This document shows, in pieces, positions 27,399 through 37,932 of a DNA stretch of 54,508 nucleotides. The notes under the pieces were generated by a model. That model was not told the origin of the DNA, did not search any database, and worked only from the letters and a program-made list of their open reading frames with translations. This DNA is from an uncultured virus (IMG/VR IMGVR_UViG_3300027801_001720) (taxonomy: Duplodnaviria > Heunggongvirae > Uroviricota > Caudoviricetes), in IMG/VR virus record IMGVR_UViG_3300027801_001720. One strand, given 5' to 3'. Within the stretch, counting starts at the first letter, position 1. Every line of letters begins with the position of its first letter. Made by a program: the position numbers and the translations under genes.

Positions 27399-29189
27399 TT
27401 ATAGTGAGTTGCGGTATTCTTGAACAGTTAGTATAGTAGGCACATCATCTTTCCATAATGTTACAGACTCTACTCTATTGTGTTCCTTGATATTCATTAC
27501 TTTATCATAATATGCCATATGGTCATTGTACATATCTTGCCTTAACAAGTTACTGCCCAATATTGGATTCCTAGTAGGATGTATTTTCTTCCTAAGGAAT
27601 GCCTTATGGGTAACCTGTGCAAGATGAAATGCTTTCATCAATGTTACTCCATGTTTGTTTGTATATATAACCATGTCTTCTTGACCAGGGCCAAATATTC
27701 CGGATCTTTGTAGGGTTCTGTATTCTTCTTTAGACTTTTCTGTGTACCCATAAGCGGCTGGATCTGCCTGTATGGCACTTTCAGTTTTTGTACCATCCAT
27801 TTTTTCACCTTTACCTATGGACCTACGAAGTTTATATATAACAGGATAGATAGCATCCAGTTTATTATAATCTAAATCTGTTAATTTATTGTATGAATCT
27901 CTTAAACCTTCATAAGTATCTTCTGGTAACCCAAACATAAAGTTTGAGCTCATGCCAACATCTTTAAATGCGCCTGCTTTTAGTTCTCTAATAAATGCAA
28001 ACTGCTCCTCAGGATCCCATCCTTTGCCTAATGCAATACCACTTTCGTGTATTGTTGATTCTATTCCGTAATGTAACCAACCAGCGCCGGCGTCTACTAA
28101 TAATTGAGTTTGTTTTAATCTATGTTGTAAGTCTAATCTTGCAAAAGCGGACCATTTTAAAGGAATTCCTGTACGACTTTTTATTTCTGCTAGTCTTTCT
28201 AACTTTGAACTATCGTCATTTATAGTATCATCTGATACCCAGTACTCTGATACCCCAAACTCTTCCCAATTACGTTTCAGTTCGTCTTCTACCCTTGATG
28301 TACTACGCATATAGGAGCCTTTCTCCTTACCTATCAAGTTAAATTCACAAAATGTGCATTTGAATATACAGCCTCTGCCAATTTCTAAAGATATCTGTTG
28401 GTTTGGTAAAAGTATGTCTTCTGGAAAATAATGTTGTGTAGAATTTTCTATATCTAGCATACTTTTAGCGTCAGTGTATACTTTTTTGAGAGTGTTTGCT
28501 TCTAAATCCATCATCATGTGTCTAATTGTAACGTCTGCATAACCAAACATGAACACATCTATGTCATGTAGGGGAGAATCTACTTGTCCGTTACCTTTTA
28601 ATTCTTCTGTAGCATTAAATTGTATTCCACCTATAACAAGTTTTATGTCTGGATTAATTTCTGTAGCCCATTCTTTTAATTTATGATGTCTTGATGGAGG
28701 GAAATACACACTATTCATTAATCCTCGTTGTGTGGCGCCAAAGGCGAACACTTGTCCAAACATTACTGCTTTAGTATTAGGTCCTACAAACTTTTTAATA
28801 ACGTTGTGTATTAAATCTTCGCTGGAGTGCAATGGAAAATGTATTACTTGTACTGTATACCCCATTTGTCTAAGTTCATGTGCAACCCTATCTGCTCCCA
28901 TTGACCTAGAATTATGATCGCTACTCATAGGCCACTCTATCCAGCCATGAAACGGGTCTGTTTTTGCTCTTACTGGATCATAGTTTTGGTTTCTAGTATA
29001 ACAACGCTTTTCGAAGTCGTCTGCAGTTTGTAAATAGTCTGCATACTCTTCATCTGTCCATTGTTTTTGATAGTTCATCGATTCTAACTGTACTTCATAC
29101 TGTCTAGCTACCGTTGGGTCACTCGCAAACATCAGTATATCTACTTCTGTGTGAATAAAATCTTTATCGTATGTAAGTATGTGCTTCAT
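27399..29189 (-). CDS. Radical SAM enzyme, probably cobalamin-dependent, paralogue B
   Basis: AHELRQMGYTVQVI, LVIGG, GYAD, EIGRGCIFKCTFC, DDTIND, GIES, FMFGLPEDT. Confidence 0.85.
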   Translation of the reverse strand: MKHILTYDKDFIHTEVDILMFASDPTVARQYEVQLESMNYQKQWTDEEYADYLQTADDFEKRCYTRNQNYDPVRAKTDPFHGWIEWPMSSDHNSRSMGADRVAHELRQMGYTVQVIHFPLHSSEDLIHNVIKKFVGPNTKAVMFGQVFAFGATQRGLMNSVYFPPSRHHKLKEWATEINPDIKLVIGGIQFNATEELKGNGQVDSPLHDIDVFMFGYADVTIRHMMMDLEANTLKKVYTDAKSMLDIENSTQHYFPEDILLPNQQISLEIGRGCIFKCTFCEFNLIGKEKGSYMRSTSRVEDELKRNWEEFGVSEYWVSDDTINDDSSKLERLAEIKSRTGIPLKWSAFARLDLQHRLKQTQLLVDAGAGWLHYGIESTIHESGIALGKGWDPEEQFAFIRELKAGAFKDVGMSSNFMFGLPEDTYEGLRDSYNKLTDLDYNKLDAIYPVIYKLRRSIGKGEKMDGTKTESAIQADPAAYGYTEKSKEEYRTLQRSGIFGPGQEDMVIYTNKHGVTLMKAFHLAQVTHKAFLRKKIHPTRNPILGSNLLRQDMYNDHMAYYDKVMNIKEHNRVESVTLWKDDVPTILTVQEYRNSL

Positions 29190-30955
29190 ATAGGTTTGAA
29201 CTCTGTGACTTCACCGTTATTTACCCATTGTACAGAATTATACCGTGTATGTTGTTGAACTGACATAATTTTTGACCAATACTCTTGCCAATAATTTTTC
29301 ATAAAGTCTGTTTTTTCTGCATCTAGTGGTATCTTGTGATACGTTGCTGTAAGTTTTGGCATCCAGCCTCTACTTTTATGGAAGTCTTCATTTAACTTTT
29401 TAACAAACCGTTCTGCACCAGTGTAAGTTATGCCATGTTTGTTACGCCAGTACCTAACAACTGCTCCACTAGTAGCCTGTTGTATTCTGTTTGCTTCTTC
29501 AATGGGAAAGTCATACCCATAGTCTTCTGGATTTCTGTCTATCTTACTGCCTGTTTGTTGAAAGTTTTCATCGCCCGATGTCGTAACTTGATGAGATGAT
29601 AAATCTCTTATAAACATATAGTTTACCATTAAGTAATCTAACGGATTAAATTTAGGATCTAGTATTTGTTCTCTGAATAAATTTAAAGACTCTCTGGTGT
29701 CTTCTGGTAATCCAACTACAAATGAACTAAACAGTTGTACTTTGTCTTTGAATATACCGTTCTTTAATTCCCATAAGTATTCAAATTGCTCTAATGGGTT
29801 CCAACCTTTACCTATTAATGGACCATTGAGAGGATTAAGACTTTCTATGCCATAGTGTGGATTAAATAATCCGCAATCCAGTAGTAATTGTTCTTGTTTT
29901 AATCTATGTTGTAAGTCTAATCTAATAAACGCACTAAGCTCTAATGGTATGTTAGCATTATGTTTTGCTTCTGCTACAAGTTTAAGTTTATCACTATCCT
30001 CATTAAAGGTATCGTCCATTACCCAATACTTGTAAATGCCATTCTCTTCCCAATTACGTTTCAGTTCGTCTTGTATAAGACTTTGTTTTCTAATATATGT
30101 ACCTTTCTCTTTTCCTAGTAATCCAAAGTTACAAAAACTGCAACTAAAAATACAACCACGTGAAGTTTCTAAAGGCATTTCATCTCCTTTAACAATTCCA
30201 TCTTCTTCACAGTAACTCATTGTACTGTTTAATATATCTAGTCGACTGCCTCTATCTGTATAAACGGGCCACTCGGTGCCTGCTTTAATATCATCTAGCA
30301 TTTCAAAAATTGTTGCTTCTGCATAACCAACGTTGATAATATCCATATCAAGCATAGCACTATCGAATCTTTTATCTAATAATGTTTCTAATGTGTGAGG
30401 ACTACCTCCAGATACTAATTTAGTATTAGGATTAATATCTTTAATCCAGTTTTTAATTTGACGTTGACGTTGTGGTGGCATGTAAAGAGAATGAAACAAT
30501 GCCCATGGGTTATATGCACTATGGAATGTTTGACTAAAGCCTACTAAAAATGTATTATCACCTATAAACTTTTTAAATATTTTTTTAAAGTCTTCTTCTG
30601 TGTGATACCAAAAGTGTGTTACAACTTGTACTGTATAGCCTTTCTTTCTTATTTCATGTGCAAGTTTATACATAGCATAACTTCTTGCAGTATGATGTGC
30701 AGAACAATAGTCATTATTTTCTACATAATTGCAAACTCTTTCTGATTCTGGTGATGTTTTATCTACATGTTCTAAATACTTTGCATATTCTTCATCAGTA
30801 AATTGTTTCATACCTTGGTCGTCTGCTAACTTTAAACCAAAGTCATACACACTTGCACCTGGTATCATGTGTTCATAATACCAAATAGCAGTTAAGTCAT
30901 CTGCAAATAGCAGTACATCTACCGGAGTTTTTTCAGGATTAAAGTTTTCTAGCAT
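29186..30955 (-). CDS. Radical SAM enzyme, probably cobalamin-dependent, paralogue A
   Basis: AHEIRKKGYTVQVV, LVSGG, GYAE, ETSRGCIFSCSFC, DDTFNE, GIES, FVVGLPEDT. Confidence 0.85.
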   Translation of the reverse strand: MLENFNPEKTPVDVLLFADDLTAIWYYEHMIPGASVYDFGLKLADDQGMKQFTDEEYAKYLEHVDKTSPESERVCNYVENNDYCSAHHTARSYAMYKLAHEIRKKGYTVQVVTHFWYHTEEDFKKIFKKFIGDNTFLVGFSQTFHSAYNPWALFHSLYMPPQRQRQIKNWIKDINPNTKLVSGGSPHTLETLLDKRFDSAMLDMDIINVGYAEATIFEMLDDIKAGTEWPVYTDRGSRLDILNSTMSYCEEDGIVKGDEMPLETSRGCIFSCSFCNFGLLGKEKGTYIRKQSLIQDELKRNWEENGIYKYWVMDDTFNEDSDKLKLVAEAKHNANIPLELSAFIRLDLQHRLKQEQLLLDCGLFNPHYGIESLNPLNGPLIGKGWNPLEQFEYLWELKNGIFKDKVQLFSSFVVGLPEDTRESLNLFREQILDPKFNPLDYLMVNYMFIRDLSSHQVTTSGDENFQQTGSKIDRNPEDYGYDFPIEEANRIQQATSGAVVRYWRNKHGITYTGAERFVKKLNEDFHKSRGWMPKLTATYHKIPLDAEKTDFMKNYWQEYWSKIMSVQQHTRYNSVQWVNNGEVTEFKPI

Positions 30956-30975
30956 GTATGTACTTATCGTATTTT

Positions 30976-31701
30976 CTAATCTACGAAAGCACGTTCTAGT
31001 ACAAAGTCGTTTGGTTCACCTAAGTTGCCTTCTATGAATCCATGTTCTTCAAAATAGTCTCGACATTCATAATTCATTTCTGGGCCTCCACATACCATAA
31101 CTCTGTCAGTTTCTTTATTAAATCCACCGTTAGTAATCAAATCAATGTGTTCCCACAGTCGTCCTTTGCGGATATATTCTTCTTGAGTACAGGTATCATA
31201 ATATTTTAAAGCAAACACCGATGCTACTTCCTCAATTTGTTTTATGTAAGTGTGTTCTGCATGTGTGCGTGTTGTATGAACTAGTATAACGTTTTTAAAT
31301 TTTTCATACGTTTCTGGATCTCTAATAATACTCATAAACGGAGCAAGTCCTGTTCCTGTTGAAAGCAAATACAAATTGTCCCCTACAGTTAAGTTATCTA
31401 TCGTTAGAGTGCCCGTTGTCTTGGGCATACATATTACTTCGTCTCCAACTTTTAAATGCTGTAAACGACTTGTAAGAGGTCCGTCGGGTACCTTAATACT
31501 TAAGAACTCCAACTCATCCTCATAGTTTGCACTAGCAATACTGTATGCTCTTAGTAAAGGTCTTCCGTTTTCTTCTTCTGACGGTAGTCCAATCATAGCA
31601 AACTCACCGTTTATAAAACGGAATGATTTATTGCGTGTTGTTTTAAAACTAAATGTTTTGTCGGTCCAATGATGGACCCATGTAACTGTTTCTATATTCA
31701 A
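30976..31701 (-). CDS. fpr: Ferredoxin/flavodoxin-NADP+ reductase
   Basis: RAYSIAS, LEFLSIKVPDGPLTSRL, STGTGLAPF, MVCGGPEM, C-terminal ERAFVD. Confidence 0.95.
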   Translation of the reverse strand: MNIETVTWVHHWTDKTFSFKTTRNKSFRFINGEFAMIGLPSEEENGRPLLRAYSIASANYEDELEFLSIKVPDGPLTSRLQHLKVGDEVICMPKTTGTLTIDNLTVGDNLYLLSTGTGLAPFMSIIRDPETYEKFKNVILVHTTRTHAEHTYIKQIEEVASVFALKYYDTCTQEEYIRKGRLWEHIDLITNGGFNKETDRVMVCGGPEMNYECRDYFEEHGFIEGNLGEPNDFVLERAFVD

Positions 31702-31958
31702 TGTTTAGTTGCCTTGAAAGATTCGAGCATTGCTCGTCTTATCTCTGGATCTTTTAGTTTATCTAGAAATTCATCGTTGAGTTCAAAGTTCATGCCACTT
31801 TCAAATCCAGACATTAAACTTATATCATCAACTCCTAATAATTCACAAATTTGTTCAAACGACAGTAAATCCATTCCTCGTTCTTTAGCATCAATTAACA
31901 ATTCTAACATTGCTCCTGTTATGACGTCTTCTAAATCGCGGTCCATTTCATCTGCCAT
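31698..31958 (-). CDS. Hypothetical acidic protein
   Basis: 86 aa, AGGAG RBS, overlaps the fpr start. Confidence 0.7.
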   Translation of the reverse strand: MADEMDRDLEDVITGAMLELLIDAKERGMDLLSFEQICELLGVDDISLMSGFESGMNFELNDEFLDKLKDPEIRRAMLESFKATKH

Positions 31959-31976
31959 TATAATCTCCTACGGATC

Positions 31977-32052
31977 TGGTGGAGCTGATAGGGTTCGAAC
32001 CTACGACATCCACGTTGCAAACGTGGCGCTCTCCCAACTGAGCTACAGCCCC
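31977..32052 (-). tRNA. tRNA-Ala (UGC)
   Basis: GGGGCTGTAGCTCAGTTGGGAGAGCGCCACGTT-TGC-AACGTGGATGTCGTAGGTTCGAACCCTATCAGCTCCACCA: 76 nt, G3-U70 identity pair, encoded CCA. Confidence 0.97.
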
Positions 32053-32067
32053 CAAATCTTAAATACT

Positions 32068-32313
32068 TTACTTAATATTTCTATTTAAGTATGCTTTCAT
32101 GTTGTTGCCAACTCTCTCTGAGTTTGCTCTTACATTATTGCCTATCTCTTCTGCATTCTTTCGAATGTTTGCACTAATTTGCTGTGCATTCTTTTGAATG
32201 TTTGCACTAATTTCTTGTGCGTTTCTCATTACGTTGTCGCCAACATCTTGAAAAGCCCAATCATTTTTGGTTGCTTTAGATACTTTTGTTGCTTTTGCTT
32301 TTGCTTTTACCAT
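32068..32313 (-). CDS. Small protein with 11-residue amphipathic repeats
   Basis: MVKAKAKATK...NAQEISANIQK NAQQISANIRK NAEEIGNNVRA NSERVGNNMKA. Confidence 0.65.
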   Translation of the reverse strand: MVKAKAKATKVSKATKNDWAFQDVGDNVMRNAQEISANIQKNAQQISANIRKNAEEIGNNVRANSERVGNNMKAYLNRNIK

Positions 32314-32475
32314 GTCTATCTCTCTGTGTGTGTACACACTATTGCCTAGTATTGTTATACTCGGTAGCACATATTTACCAGGAATAATTAACAATAGTTT
32401 TAATTACTGGCGTAAAGGAGAGATAGGCATTCACGTCTTTTGTCAAGAACTTTAGAAAGTGATAAATACTACATT

Positions 32476-33504
32476 ATGCCAAGAATACAACTGTGGAACA
32501 AGAACAAAACTAACGACTACGGCTTCATAGACAGAGCTGTGGCAGAAGTTATCAATGCAGGCGGAACAGGAGTTTATGTACACAAATACATAGGCACATA
32601 CACTGATGACGCAACTGCAAGTACGGGCTCGGGCGATTTATACATCCAAGATGTTTTATTTTTAGAAAACCGAGATAGAAAATACGATACAGACATTTAT
32701 GAATTACGTGGTGCTTACAATGTAAGTGAACCAGACTTTGATTTAACACAGTTTGGTATGTTTATGTCTAACGACAATTTGTCAATGACATTTCATATGA
32801 ATACATGTGCAAGTTTGCTTGGTAGAAGATTAATGCCAGGCGATGTTGTTGAACTACCACATTTAAGAGATGATTTACTTTTAGGTGGCGGTGAAGCAAT
32901 TAATAGATACTTTGTTGTAAGTGATTCAGGCAGACCGGCAGAAGGATATGATCCTAGATGGTGGCCTCACTTGTGGAAAGTTAAATTAACTAATATCACA
33001 GACAGTCCAGAATACAGAGATATTCTTGGTACTGGTGAAACTGCTACAGACTTAAGAAACATTTTAAGTACTTACAGTAGTGAAATTACAATTAGTGATA
33101 AGGTAATGGAACTTGCTACAACAGATGTTAAACATGATACAGGCTATTACGAAGGTGGACATTTATATGTTGACGAAGAAAGTGATAAGCCAGGTATATA
33201 CTTCCCAGGCGATGGAACTGCTCCTAATGGTATAAGTATAGTAGGCAGTGGAAGTTCATTCCCAATAAGTTGTGTTAACGGAGATTATTTCTTGAGAACA
33301 GATTTTGAACCTCACAGATTATTTAAAAAACAAGGTAGTAGATGGAGTAAAATTAGTGACGACAACAAGAAGGCTTGGAGTGCCGCTAATAAACTACTTA
33401 CATCATTCGTTAATAACGACACCATAACTACCAATACAGATGGTACAACGCAAAATGAGAAAACTAATCTCAGTAAAGCAGTTAAACCAAAGGCAGATAA
33501 TTAA
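32476..33504 (+). CDS. gp14: Neck / head-closure protein (gp14-like)
   Basis: GGTGVYVHKYIG, IQDVLFLENRDRKYD, FDLTQFG, GRRLMPGDVVELPHL; precedes the gp15-like gene. Confidence 0.7.
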   Translation: MPRIQLWNKNKTNDYGFIDRAVAEVINAGGTGVYVHKYIGTYTDDATASTGSGDLYIQDVLFLENRDRKYDTDIYELRGAYNVSEPDFDLTQFGMFMSNDNLSMTFHMNTCASLLGRRLMPGDVVELPHLRDDLLLGGGEAINRYFVVSDSGRPAEGYDPRWWPHLWKVKLTNITDSPEYRDILGTGETATDLRNILSTYSSEITISDKVMELATTDVKHDTGYYEGGHLYVDEESDKPGIYFPGDGTAPNGISIVGSGSSFPISCVNGDYFLRTDFEPHRLFKKQGSRWSKISDDNKKAWSAANKLLTSFVNNDTITTNTDGTTQNEKTNLSKAVKPKADN

Positions 33505-34949
33505 TGGCTAATTTGGATTACTGGTATGACGCACAACTAAGACGATACTTGACACAGTTCATGAGAATCTTTGGCGACTTTAAAGTAGCAGAAGGTAAGA
33601 GAGATAGCTCAACATTCTATAACAAGGTGCCTGTAAGATATGCAGACATGAGTAGAATGGTTGCACACATATTAAGAAAGGGTAGTGAGAACATGGTTAA
33701 TGCTACTCCTTTTATTGCATGTAGTATTAATAGTTTATTAATTGCTAGAGATAGGGCACAAGATCCTATGCTAGTCAGTAAAGTACAAGTTGCAGAAAGA
33801 CAATACGATAGTGGTTCTAGTGAATATGAAACAGGAAGTGGCGGTCAAAGTTTTCCAGGAAACTTATACAGCACAGATAGATACATGCCTGTGCCATATA
33901 ACTTAACAATGCAAGTAGATATTTGGAGTGGTAACACAGACCAAAAACTACAAATAATGGAACAAATATTAGTATTGTTTAATCCTAGCATACAGTTACA
34001 AAGTAGCACTAATCCATTAGACTGGACTAGTATTTTTGAAGTAGAACTAACAGACATAAATTGGTCAAACAGAAGTGTACCAGCCGGCGTAGATGAAACC
34101 ATAGACGTTGCCACCCTAACATTTACTTTACCAATATGGATCAGTCCTCCGGCGAAAGTTAAGAGACAAAAAATTATTAACACAATTATCACCAACATAT
34201 ATGATACTTCAAGTGTGTCTGATATGGGGTATGATGAAGATATATACGATTTCTTTAGGACATTAGAAAGTGATTTTGAATTACATACTGTTAGTCCTAA
34301 CAATTACTTCTTACAAATTGCCGGTACAGAAGCAACATTATTTAAAACAGGACCTACAGAAGGTACTAGTTACGATGACGGAACAACTACTAAAGCAAAT
34401 TGGAACGATTTATTAGAGTCGATATCACAGCAAGGTGCATCCGGAACATTAAGTAATGCATCAGTTACAATGAGCGACATACCATTAACAACTGGTAGTA
34501 CACTACAACTTAATTTATCAAACGACATAGATTCAGTTACAAGTTTAGTAAGTGGATTTGTTGCTAGGAATAGCATAGATCCTGCTAAGTTAGTATTTAC
34601 TGTAGACAATGATACACTACCAACTGCAACACTTTCTAACATTACTAAAATTATTGACCCTACAGCAAGTTACCCAGGAGACGGTACGTTAGATGCCGCT
34701 ACCAATGGGCAAAGATATTTACTTACAGCAGAAATATCAGGCAGTCAGTGGGGTATATCTGCAGACGTAAACGACATAGTAGAGTACAACGGAAGTGCAT
34801 GGACTGTAGTATTTAATGCTTCTGCTGTTACAGACTTACATTACGTTACAAACACATACACAGGAAAACAATACAAATGGCAAAGCGAAACGTGGACAAG
34901 CACTTACGAAGGGACGTACAATCCGGGGTTCTGGAAAATAAACATCTAG
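33504..34949 (+). CDS. gp15: Tail sheath stabiliser / terminator (gp15-like) with C-terminal extension
   Basis: YWYDAQLRRYLTQF, KVPVRY, MPVPYNL, QKLQIMEQILVLFNP, ATLTFTLPIWISPP. Confidence 0.85.
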   Translation: MANLDYWYDAQLRRYLTQFMRIFGDFKVAEGKRDSSTFYNKVPVRYADMSRMVAHILRKGSENMVNATPFIACSINSLLIARDRAQDPMLVSKVQVAERQYDSGSSEYETGSGGQSFPGNLYSTDRYMPVPYNLTMQVDIWSGNTDQKLQIMEQILVLFNPSIQLQSSTNPLDWTSIFEVELTDINWSNRSVPAGVDETIDVATLTFTLPIWISPPAKVKRQKIINTIITNIYDTSSVSDMGYDEDIYDFFRTLESDFELHTVSPNNYFLQIAGTEATLFKTGPTEGTSYDDGTTTKANWNDLLESISQQGASGTLSNASVTMSDIPLTTGSTLQLNLSNDIDSVTSLVSGFVARNSIDPAKLVFTVDNDTLPTATLSNITKIIDPTASYPGDGTLDAATNGQRYLLTAEISGSQWGISADVNDIVEYNGSAWTVVFNASAVTDLHYVTNTYTGKQYKWQSETWTSTYEGTYNPGFWKINI

Positions 34950-35428
34950 AGCCAGTAAGTATTATAGAACGGTTAAATCCTTTAACCAATTTTAATAAGC
35001 ACAAAGGTATTAGTGCCGCGGGTGTATTATTCTTAGCAAAAGACACAGGCAGATGTTTATTCCAATTAAGAAATTCAGACAAACGAATGAAACACACTTG
35101 GGGATTTTGGGGAGGCATCATAGAGCATGGTGAGTCGCCATATGAATGCATTCAACGTGAGCTTGAAGAAGAAATAGGCTTTGTTCCTGAACTTAAAAAA
35201 TTAAATCCAATTGATACATATCAAAGTAAAAATAAACATTTTATGTATTACAGTTTTTGTGCTGTAGTAGATAGTGAATTTTTGCCAACACTTAATAAAG
35301 AGAGTTGTGGGTATGCTTGGGTAGATATAGGGCAATGGCCCAAGCCACTTCATGATGGTGCAAGAAGCACACTAGGACGTAACAAAGGTGCTGGTAAACT
35401 ACACACTATACTTAAAATCAATATGTGA
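34877..35428 (+). CDS. NUDIX hydrolase (start uncertain)
   Basis: Nudix box GGIIEHGESPYECIQRELEEEIG; LNKESCGYAW. Confidence 0.88.
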   Translation: MAKRNVDKHLRRDVQSGVLENKHLEPVSIIERLNPLTNFNKHKGISAAGVLFLAKDTGRCLFQLRNSDKRMKHTWGFWGGIIEHGESPYECIQRELEEEIGFVPELKKLNPIDTYQSKNKHFMYYSFCAVVDSEFLPTLNKESCGYAWVDIGQWPKPLHDGARSTLGRNKGAGKLHTILKINM

Positions 35429-35439
35429 TAAGTAATAGC

Positions 35440-36066
35440 ATGTCAAAAGATATTATAAATTTTGATGCTATAAAACTTACTACAGAACTTACAAAATATA
35501 ATCGACACAAGGCAATCCCAAACACATTCTTCGATGGGACATTCACTATACTAGACGTAAGAGAATTGTATGATGACTTGTCGCCTAAGGTGCAAGAGTA
35601 TGCCGACGCTTTAATAGAACATTACAATGTAGATGTAAAAGACAGCGAAGAAGGATTATATAAAAGTTTTTTAAACGAGTATAAAGCATTTATACGAAAT
35701 CAACACACTCGTCATGACAAGTGGAACTACCGACCTATAATGAAAAAGTATAGGAGTAACATCAATCCAGTACGAGCAATAACGTATGACGTTAGGGAAA
35801 TGGCTTACAGTTATAATAACAATGATGACCATCATGTTTGGTTAAGTCAACTTATCATAGAGCCTAACTTTTATCATAGAGTTATACAAGACATAATTAA
35901 AGATAGACAAAAAGTAGATAAAATTTTGAACTATTACATACCTATATACCATGTTGCAAAGTTTACTGCTCCGATAGAGTTAAAACACTTGCAGACATTG
36001 AGATTAGATTTGCTGGAATATGCTAAGTTGTTTACTGAATTTAGACACTACGATCCCGACGAATAA
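35440..36066 (+). CDS. Hypothetical protein
   Basis: ATG at 35440, 5 nt after GATAAGTA. Confidence 0.7.
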   Translation: MSKDIINFDAIKLTTELTKYNRHKAIPNTFFDGTFTILDVRELYDDLSPKVQEYADALIEHYNVDVKDSEEGLYKSFLNEYKAFIRNQHTRHDKWNYRPIMKKYRSNINPVRAITYDVREMAYSYNNNDDHHVWLSQLIIEPNFYHRVIQDIIKDRQKVDKILNYYIPIYHVAKFTAPIELKHLQTLRLDLLEYAKLFTEFRHYDPDE

Positions 36067-37932
36067 TTATTTGTAAAGTTTTCTTACTTCACCATTAATT
36101 ATCGGAGCATAAATTTTAACAGGCTCCTCTTTACCTTTAACAGTAACTTCGCCCAATTTAGAACATGGAATGTTTGTAGTCTGCTGATATGTGTACTCAC
36201 TTATTAAAATAGGAGTATCTTGCTTCCTAGTTTCTGCTTCTAGTCTTGCACCTAAGTTTACAGCATCGCCTACAACACTATAATCTAATCTAGTTTCAGC
36301 ACCCATGTTACCCACAATACATGTGCCTGTGTTTACACCAGTACCAAATTTAACTCTAGGCAAGCCACGTTCTTCCATTTCTGCTTCTAGTTCATCGCCA
36401 AGTAGTTCAATTTCTATTGCTGTTTTAACTGCCATCTCGGCATGATTATCACAAGGTAGTGGAGCATTCCAGAATGCCATTACACAGTCTCCCATGAACT
36501 TATCTATCGTTCCACCGTTGGCTAATACTATATTTGTCATCTTATCCAGGAAGGTATTGATAAGTTCCACTAATCCCTCAGGGTCATCGTTCTTCATATA
36601 CTGTTCTGATATAGGAGTAAAGCCGACTATGTCAGCAAATAAGAAACTCATTTCTTTTCTTTCACCGCCCAACTTCATTAAACTAGGATCTTTAACTAGC
36701 ATATCTACATACTCTGGACTTATGTATGTACCGAATTGTGCTTTTATTTGTTGTCTCAACTTGTATTGTTTGTAAAAATTGTTAAATGTTGCTTGGGTAA
36801 ACACTAAAAATGTTGCAAGTAGTGGGAATGTTGCATCAAATAATAGCAGTTTTGACTGGTACATTAGTACACTAAACCATCCCAATCCACCCATGATACT
36901 AAGGGAAATTGGTATAGTTAACCATATAGGTGTTCTATACACACAGAAAGCAATAAGAATCATACCCAGTAACGCACATAGAAGCTCATACACGGTACTA
37001 AGTTGGCTACGCTGTATATTTGTACCATTAATTATATTCTGTAGCATATGAGCATGTATTTGCTGTGAATACAAGTTGCCACGTGGGGTTGGAACAGGAT
37101 TAGCAATGCCTTCTGCTGTTACACCTATTATAACATATTTGCTACCTAGGTCAGGCAAACTATCTGCATTTGTGTATTCAACTTCTTGAAAGGTGTTGTT
37201 GAACCTAATATATGCTGTTCCATCCGGTTGTGTTACAACTGGGTCATAAGGTGGAACAGCAATTTCGCTAACACCTATTTCAGATGTTTTAATTATATAA
37301 CTTGGTTTACCTGAATTAACTCTTAATAGCTCAATAGCAAAACTAGGATATAATTTTCCTTCAACGCCTATTGTTAGTGGGTAAGTTCTTGTTTGATTGT
37401 CTGGTTGTGGTGCTGAAGCATTAACTCCAATACCAAACGCCATAGTCTCTAGTTGGCTTATGTTCGTTACTAGGTTGGGCCATGTTAGTACAAAGTCCTG
37501 TGCGGGTAAAGGGCCTATCGTTCCTGTACCAATGTGAGGACCTGTACTCCTCACCCCTTTTGAACTTGGGGTCTGGGATAAAACTATTCCGTTGTCTTTT
37601 ATCCATGATGCAAATACCTCATCTCCTGCAAATCTGTCTTGTTCTGGAAACATAATAGTGAATCCTATTATGCCTTGATTCTTTTGTCTTATATCATGTA
37701 TAAGTTGTGCATAAGTTGTTCTAGGAAAAGGATACTGTCCTAATACGTCTAAACTCTTTTCACCTATGTTTATAATAGCAACATCGTTGCTATCCACAAT
37801 AGTATCAAACTGTTGATAACTATCAAATACTTGACTACGCAGACTCTGTAATGCTGTAGGGTCTGCTATTCGCACGGCTAGTAGCAGTAATATTGCAACT
37901 GCTACAGCACTCTTGCTGTAAATCCATTTCAT
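36067..37932 (-). CDS. CHASE2-domain class III adenylate/guanylate cyclase
   Basis: N-terminal TM; CHASE2 motifs (IINIGEKSL...GQYPFPR, IHAHMLQNI); three TMs; FGTYISP, LGGERKE, LFADIVGFT, GTIDKFMGDCVMAFW, YSVVGDAVNLGARLE, VKGK. Confidence 0.95.
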   Translation of the reverse strand: MKWIYSKSAVAVAILLLLAVRIADPTALQSLRSQVFDSYQQFDTIVDSNDVAIINIGEKSLDVLGQYPFPRTTYAQLIHDIRQKNQGIIGFTIMFPEQDRFAGDEVFASWIKDNGIVLSQTPSSKGVRSTGPHIGTGTIGPLPAQDFVLTWPNLVTNISQLETMAFGIGVNASAPQPDNQTRTYPLTIGVEGKLYPSFAIELLRVNSGKPSYIIKTSEIGVSEIAVPPYDPVVTQPDGTAYIRFNNTFQEVEYTNADSLPDLGSKYVIIGVTAEGIANPVPTPRGNLYSQQIHAHMLQNIINGTNIQRSQLSTVYELLCALLGMILIAFCVYRTPIWLTIPISLSIMGGLGWFSVLMYQSKLLLFDATFPLLATFLVFTQATFNNFYKQYKLRQQIKAQFGTYISPEYVDMLVKDPSLMKLGGERKEMSFLFADIVGFTPISEQYMKNDDPEGLVELINTFLDKMTNIVLANGGTIDKFMGDCVMAFWNAPLPCDNHAEMAVKTAIEIELLGDELEAEMEERGLPRVKFGTGVNTGTCIVGNMGAETRLDYSVVGDAVNLGARLEAETRKQDTPILISEYTYQQTTNIPCSKLGEVTVKGKEEPVKIYAPIINGEVRKLYK

